Below, piece by piece: positions 18,907-30,006 of a DNA stretch of 60,878 bases (its first letter is position 1; the number at the start of each line of letters is the position of its first letter). The notes beneath the pieces were generated by a model. That model was not told where the DNA came from. It saw nothing but the letters and a program-made list of their open reading frames with translations, and did no database searches. The stretch covers positions 1 through 60,878 of the IMG/VR virus record IMGVR_UViG_3300023184_009656. One strand, 5' to 3'. The translations under genes and the position numbers were made by a program. This DNA comes from a virus. Taxonomy: Duplodnaviria > Caudoviricetes.

Positions 18907-21900
18907 AAAATAGTACAAAATATTTTTTAAATAATCTAAGTGTTGATTCTGAGAATTATATACTTCATTATTTCTTTGATACTGGAAATTTTAGTGGCAA
19001 TAACTATATTTATAATAATACTGAATATACAGATTATACTGGCACTTATGTTGGATCAAATTTAAATACTAATTTAAATAAAAAAACTGGATATCTGTTT
19101 TTTGATACAACTAATAGAATTGATATACCTTTAAAAAATTTAAATATTAATTCTTATACATTTATCATTAGTTATGAAAAAACTGGATCTGGACCATGTG
19201 TTTTATTTTCTAATTTGAATACTGGAATTAGTGGTCAATATTATGGATTTAATATTTGCGTTAATGATTATAACAATTTACTTATAGAGTATTATGATAC
19301 TAATAAGAATTTAAAATATCTTTCACCAACTTATAATCTTGATACAAAAGGAATTGTTTGTTTTAGAGGATATGAAAATAATATTTTCGTTAATTATTAT
19401 AATGCAGCTTATGATGATTTTTATACAGAAGCTTTCGAAATTGATAACAATTCGACTCCTAATGTAACTGGTTCGATAGTTTTAGGTAGCGGTAGATTTT
19501 CTAATTTTCCAAATTATAGCGGATATATAAAAGACTTTATATTAATTGATGATAATATAACAAATTTTCAACTCAACAATGTGTTAGATCAGTTTGCATT
19601 TAATTTAAATTATTATTATACGTTCCAAAGAAACAATGAATTTTATGGATATGAAAACTATCCAGACAATGTTACTCATGTTTTTGATAGTTATGCTGAT
19701 GTAACTGGTTGTTTTAATAATACATTTTTAGATAATACTGGAGTAATTTATGGCAGTATAACAGGAAGTAATTATAGTTTAGATCTTACTGGAAATAGTG
19801 GCGTTGCTACTAATTTAGATCGTTCTCTATTTTTATCATTAAAAAATAAAATTAAAAAAACTCAAATATTTGGAATAACCACGTTGGGTGCCAAAACATC
19901 AATCGTTCTATTAAATGATGGCACAATAACTGGTTGGGGAACTAACAATTTAGGACAAGTATATGGAGTTCCACTTTATGTTGGAGATTGGACTGGTTCA
20001 CCTGTTGGAAAATTAACAGATATTCAAGATATTTCATGTGATACATATAGTTGTTTAGCTCTTAAAAATGATGGAACGGTTACTGGTTGGGGGTCTAATT
20101 ATAATGGAGGAATTTATGCAACTATTATAGATAATGATCCATTGTCTAATATATTTACTGGAGATTATAATAATACTCCGCTTGGTCAATTAACAGATAT
20201 CAGTGGAATTAGTATGGGTACTTATTTTTCTGTTTTTTTAAAAAATGATGGTACAGTACTAAGTTGGGGATCAAATAATCAAGGGCAAGTTGCTGGCATA
20301 AATGATAGAATTTTACCATATCCTCTTAAAATACAAATTACTGGAATATATAATGATTGGAGCTATCTTTCTGGATTAACTTTAAACTATACTGGACAAT
20401 ATAACTCTAAACCAGCATATAAATATACCAATGATCTTGAAAATTTTGGTCTTTCCTTATATAACGATACAACTGGATGGGTTTTAAACTATAGTAGTTT
20501 ATCTGATGTTATTAAAATTACTGGAAATACAAGCTTGCCAACAAACAACAATTTAAACCTTCCATATCAAGTAGTAATTGAGGATAGTCAAGATACAGGA
20601 GCAAATGGTTTATATACTTATAATATTGCTTATGCATTTTATGAAAAGAATGGAGACGTAACTAGAGTAATAAATTTTGAATCAGATCCTAATGACAATT
20701 ATTGGGCTGTTGTTTCTGGTGGAAATAACCTTTATATTAATAGTGGTATTGGATCGTCTAGTTTATTTCCTTTAACTGGCTGGAGTGGGAATAATGAATT
20801 AGGTTACTATGGCGATATTACTATAAAACCAAAATATGTTCAATTAGATTATGTATATAATACTGATTCTAATAATAGATTTACTGGAGTTTTTGAAGAA
20901 ACTATAGTTGGGCAATTAACAGGAATAAAAAAAATATCAGCAGGTGCCTTTCATGTTTATGCATTGAAAAATGATAATACTATTACTGGTTGGGGAAACA
21001 ATCAATATTATCAAATTGATCCTTACAACGCATCTACTATGTGGACTGGGAATTGGAATAATAACAAATTAAATTTATTAACTGGCGTATCAGATATTGT
21101 AGCTGGTTCAACCGCTGGATTAGTATTATTTGATAATAATAAAATAAGTGGTTGGGGAGGTATCGGAGCTATTGGACTAAGTGGAAACTATTTAACTGGA
21201 GTAAAACAAATAGGCGGAGGCTTTGCATTTTTAAATGCTTTATTGCAAAATGAAGTATTAACGGGATGGGGAACAAATACAGGAGCTTATCCAAAAATAG
21301 CTAGCGGAGTTAAACAATACAATAGTTCTCAACACGGAACATATTACGAAAACATTACTGGCCAACAAGTTAAAAATCTAGTCTCTGGTAATGCTTATTT
21401 TGTTTATAACATAGAAGTAGAAAGACCAACTATAATAACAGAAACTATAACAACAATAGTTAGTCAAATCTCTGGTTTTGAAAATCAAGTATTATTCTCT
21501 GGAGTAACTGGATATAATACTGGTTGGTATAAAGATATTCCAGATTTTTGTGGAACAGGATTTCCGCTTTATCTTATTTCTGGAATTATTGGGGTTATTA
21601 CTGGCGATGTATTAACTGGTATTGATATTACAACATCAACATCTACTTCTCAAAAATTAGTATTAAGTAATACAACTTATCAAACTGGTTCTTCTTCTGG
21701 AATTTATAACGCATCAAAAACTGGAAATTATATTTATGAATTTAATTATACTAACAACGGATCTAGCATTGATGGATTAGAAACATTATACTTAGATTCT
21801 GGTTATCATACCTTGCAATCTAAAAATATACTTGATCCAGATAACTCTTTAATTGCTATAAAAAATAGCAACTTACAATATACTAAAAATTATTTTTTAA

Positions 21901-22607
21901 CAAGGAATATCGAATTTTTACAAGACCTTGGCGTAGATTTATTATTAATAAATCAATATTTAGATGCAAAAGATATTATAGAAATTTATCTTTTCCAAAT
22001 TAATAGTGGTTTAAATATTAGCTTAAACAATGGTTTGTCGATGAGTAAAGCTTCAAAAGATTTTAGATTTGGTACAACTGGATTAAATTATTCAGTTAAT
22101 TTAAATGGAGTTGCTCAAACTACTGGTAATAATTATACAGTATCAAATATTAATGTAGGCTCACCAATTTCCTTGTATGAATTTAATGATAATTTAGAAG
22201 GTGATCTAGCTAAAACTGGCGAAGTATTATTTAATTATACTGGTCAAACTGGTCAAGCTTTGTCTAAAAAAGATTTCTTATATTTAAATGGTCAAAAATT
22301 AATAAGTGGATATCAATATAACTTTGGTTCTACAACTATTAGTTTTATTACAGGAAATATTCCTGTTACAGGATTAGTTCATGGCTTTAATAGTTTAATT
22401 AATTATATTAGATATACTGGCAATATGTATAGTTTTGATTTACCTAGATTTAGTAAAAATAGTGAGTTAATTTGGCTTAACGGTATTAAGTTAAATTCTG
22501 ATAGTTATTATGAAATATCTGAAAATGATAAATTTTATAATCCAACTTTTTATGACAAATCAACTGTAATTATATATAATAATACGGACAATTATTTCAA
22601 TGCCTAG
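18903..22607 (+). CDS. Tail-tip/adhesin protein: LamG/ConA-like N-domain plus RCC1-like beta-propeller repeats
   Basis: 1234 aa; ILHYFFD...YTFIISYEK...GFNICVND...YSGYIKDFILID (LamG-like); about 6 LKNDGTVTGWG-type RCC1 repeats at ~19855-21360; C-terminal LNGxK/Q repeats. Confidence 0.65.
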   Translation: MKNSTKYFLNNLSVDSENYILHYFFDTGNFSGNNYIYNNTEYTDYTGTYVGSNLNTNLNKKTGYLFFDTTNRIDIPLKNLNINSYTFIISYEKTGSGPCVLFSNLNTGISGQYYGFNICVNDYNNLLIEYYDTNKNLKYLSPTYNLDTKGIVCFRGYENNIFVNYYNAAYDDFYTEAFEIDNNSTPNVTGSIVLGSGRFSNFPNYSGYIKDFILIDDNITNFQLNNVLDQFAFNLNYYYTFQRNNEFYGYENYPDNVTHVFDSYADVTGCFNNTFLDNTGVIYGSITGSNYSLDLTGNSGVATNLDRSLFLSLKNKIKKTQIFGITTLGAKTSIVLLNDGTITGWGTNNLGQVYGVPLYVGDWTGSPVGKLTDIQDISCDTYSCLALKNDGTVTGWGSNYNGGIYATIIDNDPLSNIFTGDYNNTPLGQLTDISGISMGTYFSVFLKNDGTVLSWGSNNQGQVAGINDRILPYPLKIQITGIYNDWSYLSGLTLNYTGQYNSKPAYKYTNDLENFGLSLYNDTTGWVLNYSSLSDVIKITGNTSLPTNNNLNLPYQVVIEDSQDTGANGLYTYNIAYAFYEKNGDVTRVINFESDPNDNYWAVVSGGNNLYINSGIGSSSLFPLTGWSGNNELGYYGDITIKPKYVQLDYVYNTDSNNRFTGVFEETIVGQLTGIKKISAGAFHVYALKNDNTITGWGNNQYYQIDPYNASTMWTGNWNNNKLNLLTGVSDIVAGSTAGLVLFDNNKISGWGGIGAIGLSGNYLTGVKQIGGGFAFLNALLQNEVLTGWGTNTGAYPKIASGVKQYNSSQHGTYYENITGQQVKNLVSGNAYFVYNIEVERPTIITETITTIVSQISGFENQVLFSGVTGYNTGWYKDIPDFCGTGFPLYLISGIIGVITGDVLTGIDITTSTSTSQKLVLSNTTYQTGSSSGIYNASKTGNYIYEFNYTNNGSSIDGLETLYLDSGYHTLQSKNILDPDNSLIAIKNSNLQYTKNYFLTRNIEFLQDLGVDLLLINQYLDAKDIIEIYLFQINSGLNISLNNGLSMSKASKDFRFGTTGLNYSVNLNGVAQTTGNNYTVSNINVGSPISLYEFNDNLEGDLAKTGEVLFNYTGQTGQALSKKDFLYLNGQKLISGYQYNFGSTTISFITGNIPVTGLVHGFNSLINYIRYTGNMYSFDLPRFSKNSELIWLNGIKLNSDSYYEISENDKFYNPTFYDKSTVIIYNNTDNYFNA

Positions 22608-25600
22608 TAAAATAAAAGTAGAATCTATAACATTAAATGGCTCAACTAAATATATGGGCGGAAGGATATATTATTGTAATTTTAATCCATCTTTTAGTGA
22701 AAAACCAACTGAATTACAAATTAATGTTATAAGCGACAATGGCCAATATCAAACTCCATCTATTGATTTTAAAAGTTCAGTAAAAGTTAAAATTGGCAAT
22801 TTAGATCTTGGAGATATGTATCCATATAAATATAAAAATACATATTCTTCTCAAGGAAATATTTTGCAAGTATCTTTTATAGATCCAAGTTTTATTCTTG
22901 ATAAAATTTATATTGGATTAAATAGCAAACATGGCTGGACTGATGGTTTTTCTAAAGATATGAGTACAATGAATGAAAAAACATTTTCAGAATATCTTGG
23001 TATAACACCTCCTGGTAGCAGTAGTAGTAGCAGTAGCAGTAGTAGTACATCGTTAGCATCTGATTCTCAATTAAGAAAGAAAAAAACAGATACTTTTTGG
23101 ATTCTTGGTAGACTATTTCATCCTTGTGATACTAATAAAGATAATTTAATAGATCATCAAGAAGCATACAATGTAGATCCTTGTGATCCATGTCCAACTT
23201 GTCCAGAAGATAAATATGATAATCGTTGTAAAGAACTAGCTTATACGACAATATTTGAAGTAGCTTATTCTTTTAAAGATTTAATTGATGCGATTAACGA
23301 ATTTAAACCTAAACAAGGAAGTGTCACTGTTGGAATTGAAACCCCAGCTGCTTTATCAAGCAATATAACCAAATATGAAAAATTTTATAGAGATTATCAT
23401 GGTAATTTAAGAGAAGTTTTAACTAGTTGGGCTAATGATTTTGGTCTTAATTGGTATTATGATATGGTAGATAAAAAAATAAAATTTATAGATATCTCTA
23501 CTCAAGAAATACAAGTTCCAATTGATGAAATAGTAAATAAATATAAAAGTGATAGATTAATATCTTATGAACATGAAGTAAGTGCAGAAAATACATATCA
23601 AAGAGGAGCAATATCATGGTATGAAAGGGGCGGAGAAAGAAAAAGTGCAAATTGTTCAAAAGCTACAACAGTTGTACTTTCTGCTCTATATGGAACAGAT
23701 TATTTAGGAAATAGATCTAGAGATACCGTACAAGGCAACCAAATTAATTCTAATACAGATATTGTTGGATCAATATTAAGAGCTTATAATCCATTATTAA
23801 GAGATTTATTTTGGACAAGAAAAATATATGGGATTACTAAATCATCAGAAGCAATGAAATATCTTGTTGATATTGGAGAACTAAGCTCATCATCTTCATC
23901 TTCATCTACGCAATTAGGAGAATTTCCAGAAGATGGTAAAAAAGGTGATCTAAAAATATTAAATGAAATGGGTAATATGTCAATATTAGCTGTTGTTGAT
24001 TGCAATTTATCCAAAGCAGACAAAGAAAAAACTGAATATCAAAAAATTGCTAATGCCGCATGGAATGATTTAGTCCTAGGTCTGGGTCATACTGATGGAT
24101 TAAATTTTGTTGCAAATAGCGGATTTTTTATTGTAGCAAAAGTCGATGAAGACTTATTAGCAAAAAGATATGAAATGGAAGATGAGCTTTATAGTTTTAT
24201 AGGAAAATTTTTTATAAGAGAAAATTTATTTAGATTGTGTGGTATGACGGGTAATGAAGAATTTGTTAAAAACAATACTAATATTGAATCTGCAGATGGT
24301 TCAGCTAATATTTACTCAAAAAGAGATGGCATAGGAGCCCATCCTCTTAGTCAATATAAATATTATAAAAGTGGATATCTTGGATGCGTTGTTGGAACTG
24401 GAAATTATTCTAATATAAATCCAGCAGAACCAGTAAAACCTGGAGGCACAAAAGAAAATCCCAAAGTAAATGAAAATATACCTAGTTCTACTCAAGGTTT
24501 TGCTCTTCAAAAAGGTACAGTTAATAATGTAGAAGTCGTTAGTTTACAAAGTACTCCTCCAGCATATACTCAAGCAGAAGGTGGAAATGGAATGTTTTCT
24601 ATTAAAAAAGCAGATCAAACTGTACCAAGATTTGAGCAAACTGCAATTATTTTAGAAAGAACACCTAAATGGATTCCAGAACCACAAACTTTTCAAGAGA
24701 ATTATAATGAAAATTTAACTAAAGCATTAGGTCATTTAGAGTGGTCACAATTTGGTAACGGAGGAACTCCTCCAGGATCTCAATTCTTAGAATTTGTTTT
24801 TGGTTTTGGCAATACAGACGCTTTTAAGAGCGGTATAATGAAAAAAATTAAAATTTTTGCAGTCAATACTGGCGTATTTGAAGTTTATCCTGCATTCCAA
24901 GATGAATTTGATGGAAAAATAAAAAATCCATTAGATAAAATAGCAACCGTAGAAAGAAAAATGCTTAGAAGAGTTGGTGGAAAATATTCTCCATTAACAC
25001 CAATAGGATTATTAAATAATGATTGTCATCAAATTGATCTCAGTGGAAATGCAATTCTAAAAGGACTACCAAGTATAATTACTCCTCCACATACTTTTGT
25101 GCCTGTAAAGAAAAAAGATTTAATTGAAAAAGATATTTTAAGTAAAACTAAATCACAAGGAGATAAAGCTACTAGTTGCGATGAGGGTTTAAAAACTGAA
25201 ACTTTCAGAGTTCCAGCTTATAGAGTGTATGTAACTCAAGCTTTTGATCAAGCTGTTACATTACCAAAAATTCAAACTGGAGTAGATACTCTAATGAAAT
25301 GCGCTGATAATGTTAGAAGATTAGATGTATTATATAATAAATTTACAGATGATGATTTTAATGCTTTTAGTGGAAGAGCTGGAGGATATGGATGTACACC
25401 TAACGTGGCTCATATAACAGGAATGCATGATGCTTACACTGGAAATGCTTTTTCTAATACAGGAGCAGATGATACTTTAAGTTTAGAAATTAAAGGATTG
25501 CCTAGTATACAAAATTATTCTTCTGAAATTAAAAAAGGATTAGAGAGTTTCAGTATACAAATTTCAGACCAAGGAATTTCAACATCTTTGCAATATAGCA

Positions 25601-25683
25601 CAAAAATTATCAAAGGCATATCTCCTGATTTATTAAAATTCCAAAATAGTAGAAGTTTTGACAGGATGTCAAAAGGAGTTTGA
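22600..25683 (+). CDS. Putative baseplate hub / central tail-tip protein
   Basis: 1027 aa; YHGNLREVLTSWANDFGLNWYYD...IKFIDI resembles hub/gpD-like motifs; two poly-Ser loops, EF-hand-like loop, CxxCxxC. Confidence 0.5.
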   Translation: MPSKIKVESITLNGSTKYMGGRIYYCNFNPSFSEKPTELQINVISDNGQYQTPSIDFKSSVKVKIGNLDLGDMYPYKYKNTYSSQGNILQVSFIDPSFILDKIYIGLNSKHGWTDGFSKDMSTMNEKTFSEYLGITPPGSSSSSSSSSSTSLASDSQLRKKKTDTFWILGRLFHPCDTNKDNLIDHQEAYNVDPCDPCPTCPEDKYDNRCKELAYTTIFEVAYSFKDLIDAINEFKPKQGSVTVGIETPAALSSNITKYEKFYRDYHGNLREVLTSWANDFGLNWYYDMVDKKIKFIDISTQEIQVPIDEIVNKYKSDRLISYEHEVSAENTYQRGAISWYERGGERKSANCSKATTVVLSALYGTDYLGNRSRDTVQGNQINSNTDIVGSILRAYNPLLRDLFWTRKIYGITKSSEAMKYLVDIGELSSSSSSSSTQLGEFPEDGKKGDLKILNEMGNMSILAVVDCNLSKADKEKTEYQKIANAAWNDLVLGLGHTDGLNFVANSGFFIVAKVDEDLLAKRYEMEDELYSFIGKFFIRENLFRLCGMTGNEEFVKNNTNIESADGSANIYSKRDGIGAHPLSQYKYYKSGYLGCVVGTGNYSNINPAEPVKPGGTKENPKVNENIPSSTQGFALQKGTVNNVEVVSLQSTPPAYTQAEGGNGMFSIKKADQTVPRFEQTAIILERTPKWIPEPQTFQENYNENLTKALGHLEWSQFGNGGTPPGSQFLEFVFGFGNTDAFKSGIMKKIKIFAVNTGVFEVYPAFQDEFDGKIKNPLDKIATVERKMLRRVGGKYSPLTPIGLLNNDCHQIDLSGNAILKGLPSIITPPHTFVPVKKKDLIEKDILSKTKSQGDKATSCDEGLKTETFRVPAYRVYVTQAFDQAVTLPKIQTGVDTLMKCADNVRRLDVLYNKFTDDDFNAFSGRAGGYGCTPNVAHITGMHDAYTGNAFSNTGADDTLSLEIKGLPSIQNYSSEIKKGLESFSIQISDQGISTSLQYSTKIIKGISPDLLKFQNSRSFDRMSKGV

Positions 25684-27782
25684 TGATAACTAGTTCTTTA
25701 GTTTATAGAAATTTCTTAAATCAAACTGGAGATTTGTCCACGACTTGGAATCTATCTATAGATAATTTAACAGGATCAGGCTCTTTTGGTTTGAGTGGAA
25801 CAAATGGAAAATATAGTTTCATAGTGAAAAGCGGCGAATTATATGACCCATACAACAAGTTACTTGGTTCATATAAAATCAATGAACCTTTTAGTTTGCA
25901 GAATAATATAAAAAGTTCAAAAGATACTTTATATTTTAATAACTCTGCTAAATTCTTTTTTAAGGAAAGCGATTTTTTTACAGCTAAAAATTATAATTAT
26001 TTTTTTGTTGATCCTTCTGGATTAACTATAGATTTTGATTTTTCAATTCAAGGAGAAGCAACAACATTACAAGCTTCTATTTTAAATACAAGATATAAAA
26101 ATGATAATACAAATCAAATAATAAATACGATAACTGGAAGATTCGTTAATACTAAACCAAATTTAAACGTAAAAATTTTTGATGCTCAAATCAATGGAAC
26201 AGCATTATATAGTTTATCTGGTTTTCCATTGTCATTTAATAATACTGGATATTTTTATATATTGACGGATTCTGGAACAAACCCAATTAATAATAATAAT
26301 ATCACAACTTTACCAATTGTTGCTAATACAAATTATGGTGATGTAGGATTTAGTTTAAATGTTCAAAATGAATATATTGCACCAATTTTTCATACTTTTT
26401 CAATTTCTCCTGTTGGAAATCAAAATATTCAAAATAATGAAACAATTCCATTTGTTTTGCAATATGGATCAAGTAGTGGTTCTTCATTAAATATACAATT
26501 AAATTATATTAGTGGAACAAATGGACTATTTACTGGTAATCTTATTGGCACTGGATATTTAAATAAAACTATATCAGGACTAATTACTGGTTCTGGATTT
26601 ATTGAACAAGTTATAACTGATCCAATTACGCTTTCTGGATATAATCCATACTATGAAGATTATCAATATACTGAAATAACTGGTATTGTAGGAAAACAGT
26701 TTGTTTATGCTACTGGAGATGTTGTATTCAATTATTCCGTGACTGGAACTGGATTAGGAACAGGTTATGTTTATTTAGATATTCCATCTTCTGGACAAGT
26801 CACGGTTAATGTATCTGGATATGTTCCTTATGTTGGTGGGGGACCTCTTTTTTATACTACAGGAAATTTTAAAAGTACAGGATATAGTTTAGATATAAAT
26901 AATAATTCAATTGTAATCACTGGATTTTCTAACGTAATTAGTAATTCTGTAAATGTATTTTATACAGGAAAAATTTCTGGAGTATTTTTAAATACTGGAC
27001 AATATATATCAAAAGCATTTTCTGGATCACATACTGGATCTCTTGCTGGACTTGCTATAAGTGGAAATAAGTATTATCAATTAGCAACTGGATTTGGAAC
27101 TGGTCAATTTAAAACTGGCACAGTAAATGCAGATTTTTTTAGATTTATAGAAGGAGGAAATTATTATTTTACAAAAATTGTAACTGGGATTTCTGGTTTT
27201 TTTGCTTTAAAAGATTCTGCAGAAGTTATAACTGGTCTTTCTGGACTATTAAATTGTAAATCTAATCAAAGTGATTTTAATTATTCTGGTATAGGTAAAA
27301 TTACTGGAATAAATAATTTTAATTTATTTATAAATGATTGCGATACTGAAACTCAAATGTTTTATTTCTTGGCTACAGGAAATCCTCTAGAAGATTTCAA
27401 ATTATATACATCTCAAGGCAATCAAATTATTGAAGAAAAAGATATACCTAAATTTGTTATTCTGAAAGTCACTGGAAATGAGTCTGAATTTACTCATTTA
27501 GAAAATTTAAATTATTTAACTGCAAACGCTTATGGAACAGGAATAAGAACTAGAATATCTCATCTTGGAAATACAATTAGTGGCAGTGGCTATTTTAGTG
27601 GAATATTTTCAGAAGGTGCTTGTGAAAACGAAGGCATTTGGGAGCATAATTTTACTAATTTCACAACTAAGACTGGAATTTATTCTACAAATAATTATAT
27701 ATCTCAATGTTCTTTTAAAGTAATATCTGCAGAAGATAATATTATAGATAATTTCAATAGTATTAAGTTTAATATTCTATAA
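25683..27782 (+). CDS. Virion structural / fibre-like protein, S/T-G rich
   Basis: ~699 aa; AAGGAG RBS before ATG 25683; dense TG/SG motifs. Confidence 0.55.
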   Translation: MITSSLVYRNFLNQTGDLSTTWNLSIDNLTGSGSFGLSGTNGKYSFIVKSGELYDPYNKLLGSYKINEPFSLQNNIKSSKDTLYFNNSAKFFFKESDFFTAKNYNYFFVDPSGLTIDFDFSIQGEATTLQASILNTRYKNDNTNQIINTITGRFVNTKPNLNVKIFDAQINGTALYSLSGFPLSFNNTGYFYILTDSGTNPINNNNITTLPIVANTNYGDVGFSLNVQNEYIAPIFHTFSISPVGNQNIQNNETIPFVLQYGSSSGSSLNIQLNYISGTNGLFTGNLIGTGYLNKTISGLITGSGFIEQVITDPITLSGYNPYYEDYQYTEITGIVGKQFVYATGDVVFNYSVTGTGLGTGYVYLDIPSSGQVTVNVSGYVPYVGGGPLFYTTGNFKSTGYSLDINNNSIVITGFSNVISNSVNVFYTGKISGVFLNTGQYISKAFSGSHTGSLAGLAISGNKYYQLATGFGTGQFKTGTVNADFFRFIEGGNYYFTKIVTGISGFFALKDSAEVITGLSGLLNCKSNQSDFNYSGIGKITGINNFNLFINDCDTETQMFYFLATGNPLEDFKLYTSQGNQIIEEKDIPKFVILKVTGNESEFTHLENLNYLTANAYGTGIRTRISHLGNTISGSGYFSGIFSEGACENEGIWEHNFTNFTTKTGIYSTNNYISQCSFKVISAEDNIIDNFNSIKFNIL

Positions 27783-27789
27783 TGAAACT

Positions 27790-27814
27790 AGTGTAAATAT
27801 ACAAAGGAAAAAGG
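27790..27814 (+). promoter_or_regulatory. Late promoter AGTGTAA (27790-27796) plus AGG-N4-AGG RBS (27805-27814)
   Basis: Intergenic, upstream of ATG 27823. Confidence 0.65.
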
Positions 27815-27822
27815 AATAAAAT

Positions 27823-30006
27823 ATGTCTTTCTGGACTCAAAGCTTTAAACTAACTGGAGAGCCTGGTGACCAATTTGGAACTAGAGCATCTATAAATTCT
27901 TTAGGAAATATAGCTCTCGTAGGGGCACCTAGAGCAGATTTACCTTCTAAAGCTAATGCTGGCGCTGCATATTTCTATACTGGCAGTGGGAACAATTGGG
28001 TTCAAGTTGCAAAGATTACGGCAAGTGATAGCACTGCAAGCGACCAATTTGGCTGTAGCGTAGATATAAATTCGTCAGGAAATATTGCTGTAATCGGCGC
28101 TTTTCATGATGATATAAACGGACTATCTAATGTTGGATCAGCATATATCTTTACTGGTCGTGCAAGCAACTGGGTTCAAGTCGCAAAGATAATAGCAAAT
28201 GATGGCACTTCTGAAGATTTTTTCGGCCATGCCGTAGCTATAAATTCATCAGGAGATACTATTCTTGTTGGAGCATATAACGATAATGTAGGGGGAGTTT
28301 TAAATGTTGGTTCTACTTATATCTTTACAGGAAATGGGGCTAATTGGGCTCAAGCCGCAAAGATAACAGGAAATGATAGCGCTTCTGGAGACTTTTTTGG
28401 CCATAGCGTAGCTATAAACTCGTCAGGGAATATTGCGGTCATAAGTGCGTATGAAGATGATATAAACGGACTATCTAATGTTGGATCGGCTTATATCTTT
28501 ACTGGGAAAGGAAGCAACTGGGTTCAAACTGCAAAGATCACAGGAAATGATGGTGATGCAAACGATGGATTTGGCTCTAGCGTAGCTATAAATTCGTCAG
28601 GAAATATTATTCTTATCGGCGCATACCAGGAAGATACATTTTATACTGATCAAGGCGCAGCATATGTATTTACTGGTAATGGAAGTAATTGGACTCAAAC
28701 TGCTAAAATAATTGCAAATGATCTACAAGACGTTGATCTTTTTGGAGCTAGCGTAGATTTAAATGCAGCTGGAGATGTTGCTATAATAAGCGCATCTTTT
28801 GAAGATCCAAAACAAATATACTCTAATAATCTAACTAGTTCGGCTGGAGCGGCTTATATTTTTTCTGGTAGTCCAAGTAACTGGAATCAAATTGTTAAAC
28901 TTTTTGCTCCTTTAGATTTAGCAGTAAACGCTAATTATGGTAACAGCGTATCTATTAATTCTTTAGGACAGGTTGGGATACTAGGCGCATATAGCAGTAG
29001 TGCAGCTTATATTTGTACCAGTCTTAATTATAGCGTAGAACAACAATTTAGAGATCCTTGCAATTTTCCTGGGGAAGATTTAATAAATGAAAATTTTAAT
29101 TTTACTTTAGAAGGTGAATTAAATCCAGATTATACTACTAAACATAAAATTATTATTTATAAAAGCGGATCTAATACTGGCTATTTGCCAATTCATGAAA
29201 CAGAATATTCGGGTTACTCTTCTGATGTTATAACATTTAATTTACAATTAGATTCTGGTAATTATTTAAGTAAAGTAAAAAGCATTTATCAGGAAAATCA
29301 ACAATATACTAGTTTTTGTAATGACGGTATTCAAGTCTTAAATTTAATTGATATTTCTCGCAGTAATCAATCTGGATTTCAAGTTATAAAAACTTCTGCT
29401 GAATTATTTTTTGAAGAATTTCTAAAAGAGAATGTAAAAAATAAAATCTCAAATGTATTTTTTTCTAATAATAAATATGCAATTACTGGCTTTGATTTTA
29501 CTAATAGTACTGGAATTTTAAGAAATTCATTCACTGGTATACAAATTATTAATTCTACTATAGAAGGATCTGCGATTTTGGAAGCGGTATCTTATATAAA
29601 TAGAGTATCATGGAATGCAAATCCACTTAATACAATACAGATAGTAAATATTATCACTAATAGTGTACCATATATAGTTGCAAATAGAAGTGGTGATAAT
29701 AATCAAGATATAAGAAATATATATTTTAGCCCACCATTTGAAATTAAATATAGAGATTTAGAAAATGATACATATAATAACATATATTATCTTAATAAAA
29801 ATGTAAATTTTATTTATTTTGATAAAAATTTAAATGTAAATTTAGATCCAAAAAATCTCATATTAGATGAAAATCAAATTAGATTATTTTATAAAAATTT
29901 AGCTTTTAAATTAAATGGATCATTTTCACACAACGAAATATCACCAATGATAAGATCTATAAATAACGCTAGAGATATTCAAAAACAAAGGGGTAATTGT
30001 GTATGA
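27823..30006 (+). CDS. FG-GAP (integrin-alpha-like) seven-blade beta-propeller protein with unrelated C-terminal domain
   Basis: Seven FGxSVAINSSG...GA...GxAYIFTG...WxQxAKI repeats in aa ~1-400. Confidence 0.85.
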   Translation: MSFWTQSFKLTGEPGDQFGTRASINSLGNIALVGAPRADLPSKANAGAAYFYTGSGNNWVQVAKITASDSTASDQFGCSVDINSSGNIAVIGAFHDDINGLSNVGSAYIFTGRASNWVQVAKIIANDGTSEDFFGHAVAINSSGDTILVGAYNDNVGGVLNVGSTYIFTGNGANWAQAAKITGNDSASGDFFGHSVAINSSGNIAVISAYEDDINGLSNVGSAYIFTGKGSNWVQTAKITGNDGDANDGFGSSVAINSSGNIILIGAYQEDTFYTDQGAAYVFTGNGSNWTQTAKIIANDLQDVDLFGASVDLNAAGDVAIISASFEDPKQIYSNNLTSSAGAAYIFSGSPSNWNQIVKLFAPLDLAVNANYGNSVSINSLGQVGILGAYSSSAAYICTSLNYSVEQQFRDPCNFPGEDLINENFNFTLEGELNPDYTTKHKIIIYKSGSNTGYLPIHETEYSGYSSDVITFNLQLDSGNYLSKVKSIYQENQQYTSFCNDGIQVLNLIDISRSNQSGFQVIKTSAELFFEEFLKENVKNKISNVFFSNNKYAITGFDFTNSTGILRNSFTGIQIINSTIEGSAILEAVSYINRVSWNANPLNTIQIVNIITNSVPYIVANRSGDNNQDIRNIYFSPPFEIKYRDLENDTYNNIYYLNKNVNFIYFDKNLNVNLDPKNLILDENQIRLFYKNLAFKLNGSFSHNEISPMIRSINNARDIQKQRGNCV

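Noticed and set aside
25434-25440. Antisense AGTGTAA inside the hub gene
   Set aside because: No downstream ORF or leader; a 7-mer is expected by chance in AT-rich DNA.
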